Both the position numbers and the translations under genes were made by a program. From Escherichia coli (GTDB taxonomy: Bacteria; Pseudomonadota; Gammaproteobacteria; Enterobacterales; Enterobacteriaceae): a stretch of 64,000 nt of DNA. The DNA is taken from NCBI RefSeq assembly GCF_044324875.1, contig NZ_CP172185.1. One strand, written 5' to 3'. The notes under the pieces were generated by a model. It saw only the letters and a list, made by a program, of their open reading frames with translations, searched no databases and was not told where the DNA came from. Below are positions 63,819 to 64,000 of this stretch, piece after piece; the first letter of the stretch is position 1, and the number at the start of each line of letters is the position of its first letter.

Positions 63819-64000
63819 TCAACGCCCATACTCATCTTCCATTCTCCGCTCTTCATCTTCTAGCTGCCGACGCTCCTGATCCAGCTGGCGCTGGCGATCG
63901 TCCAGCTGCCTGCGGCGATCTTCAAACTGGCGGCGGCGATCGTCATATTGTCTGCGCCGATCGTCGTTCACTTCACGCTGCCAGCCGTCGTCGCGCGAAT
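63819..64000 (-). CDS. yjdP: YjdP, 3' part only; repeat-rich R/Q/D/E protein
   Basis: Manual reverse-strand translation ...DDRRRQYDDRRRQFEDRRRQLDDRQRQLDQERRQLEDEERRMEDEYGR*. Confidence 0.75.
   Translation of the reverse strand, partial: SRDDGWQREVNDDRRRQYDDRRRQFEDRRRQLDDRQRQLDQERRQLEDEERRMEDEYGR

Overview
This window reads as an Escherichia coli chromosome segment, in reverse orientation relative to K-12 numbering. Positions 1-15957 are the distal part of a horizontally acquired island inserted at the 3' end of tRNA-Phe (pheU); a 22-nt tRNA 3' fragment at 15936-15957 marks the junction, and the intact tRNA and any integrase must lie left of the window. The island carries a partial ascorbate-type PTS (EIIC/EIIB/EIIA) with a LacI-family regulator, then a CP4-57/CP4-44-like backbone: three inovirus-Gp2-family paralogs with alpA, a YeeP-like GTPase, DUF932, KlcA antirestriction, RadC-like, YeeT-like, a CbeA/CbtA toxin-antitoxin pair, YeeW-like and a final hypothetical. 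Between the Gp2-like genes and the GTPase gene sits the most interesting cargo: about 1.5 kb of strand-skewed, ORF-free DNA followed by a low-GC 407-aa orphan ORF with no motif I can recognise. From 15958 onward the sequence is conserved core: cadC-cadBA, dtpC, lysU, ghoST, yjdJ, yjdI, dcuSR, dcuB, fumB, yjdF, melBA/melR, adiA-adiY-adiC, eptA-basRS, pmrR, proP, yjcZ, crfC, phnA, phnB, the 14-gene phnC-P operon (phnE intact) and the 3' end of yjdP. Core gene calls rest on recalled protein sequences, not on a search. Coordinates for CDS come from the ORF track, with starts trimmed where the track began at an upstream TTG/GTG or in-frame ATG; hand-counted coordinates (small genes, repeats, hairpins) may be off by 1-2 nt.
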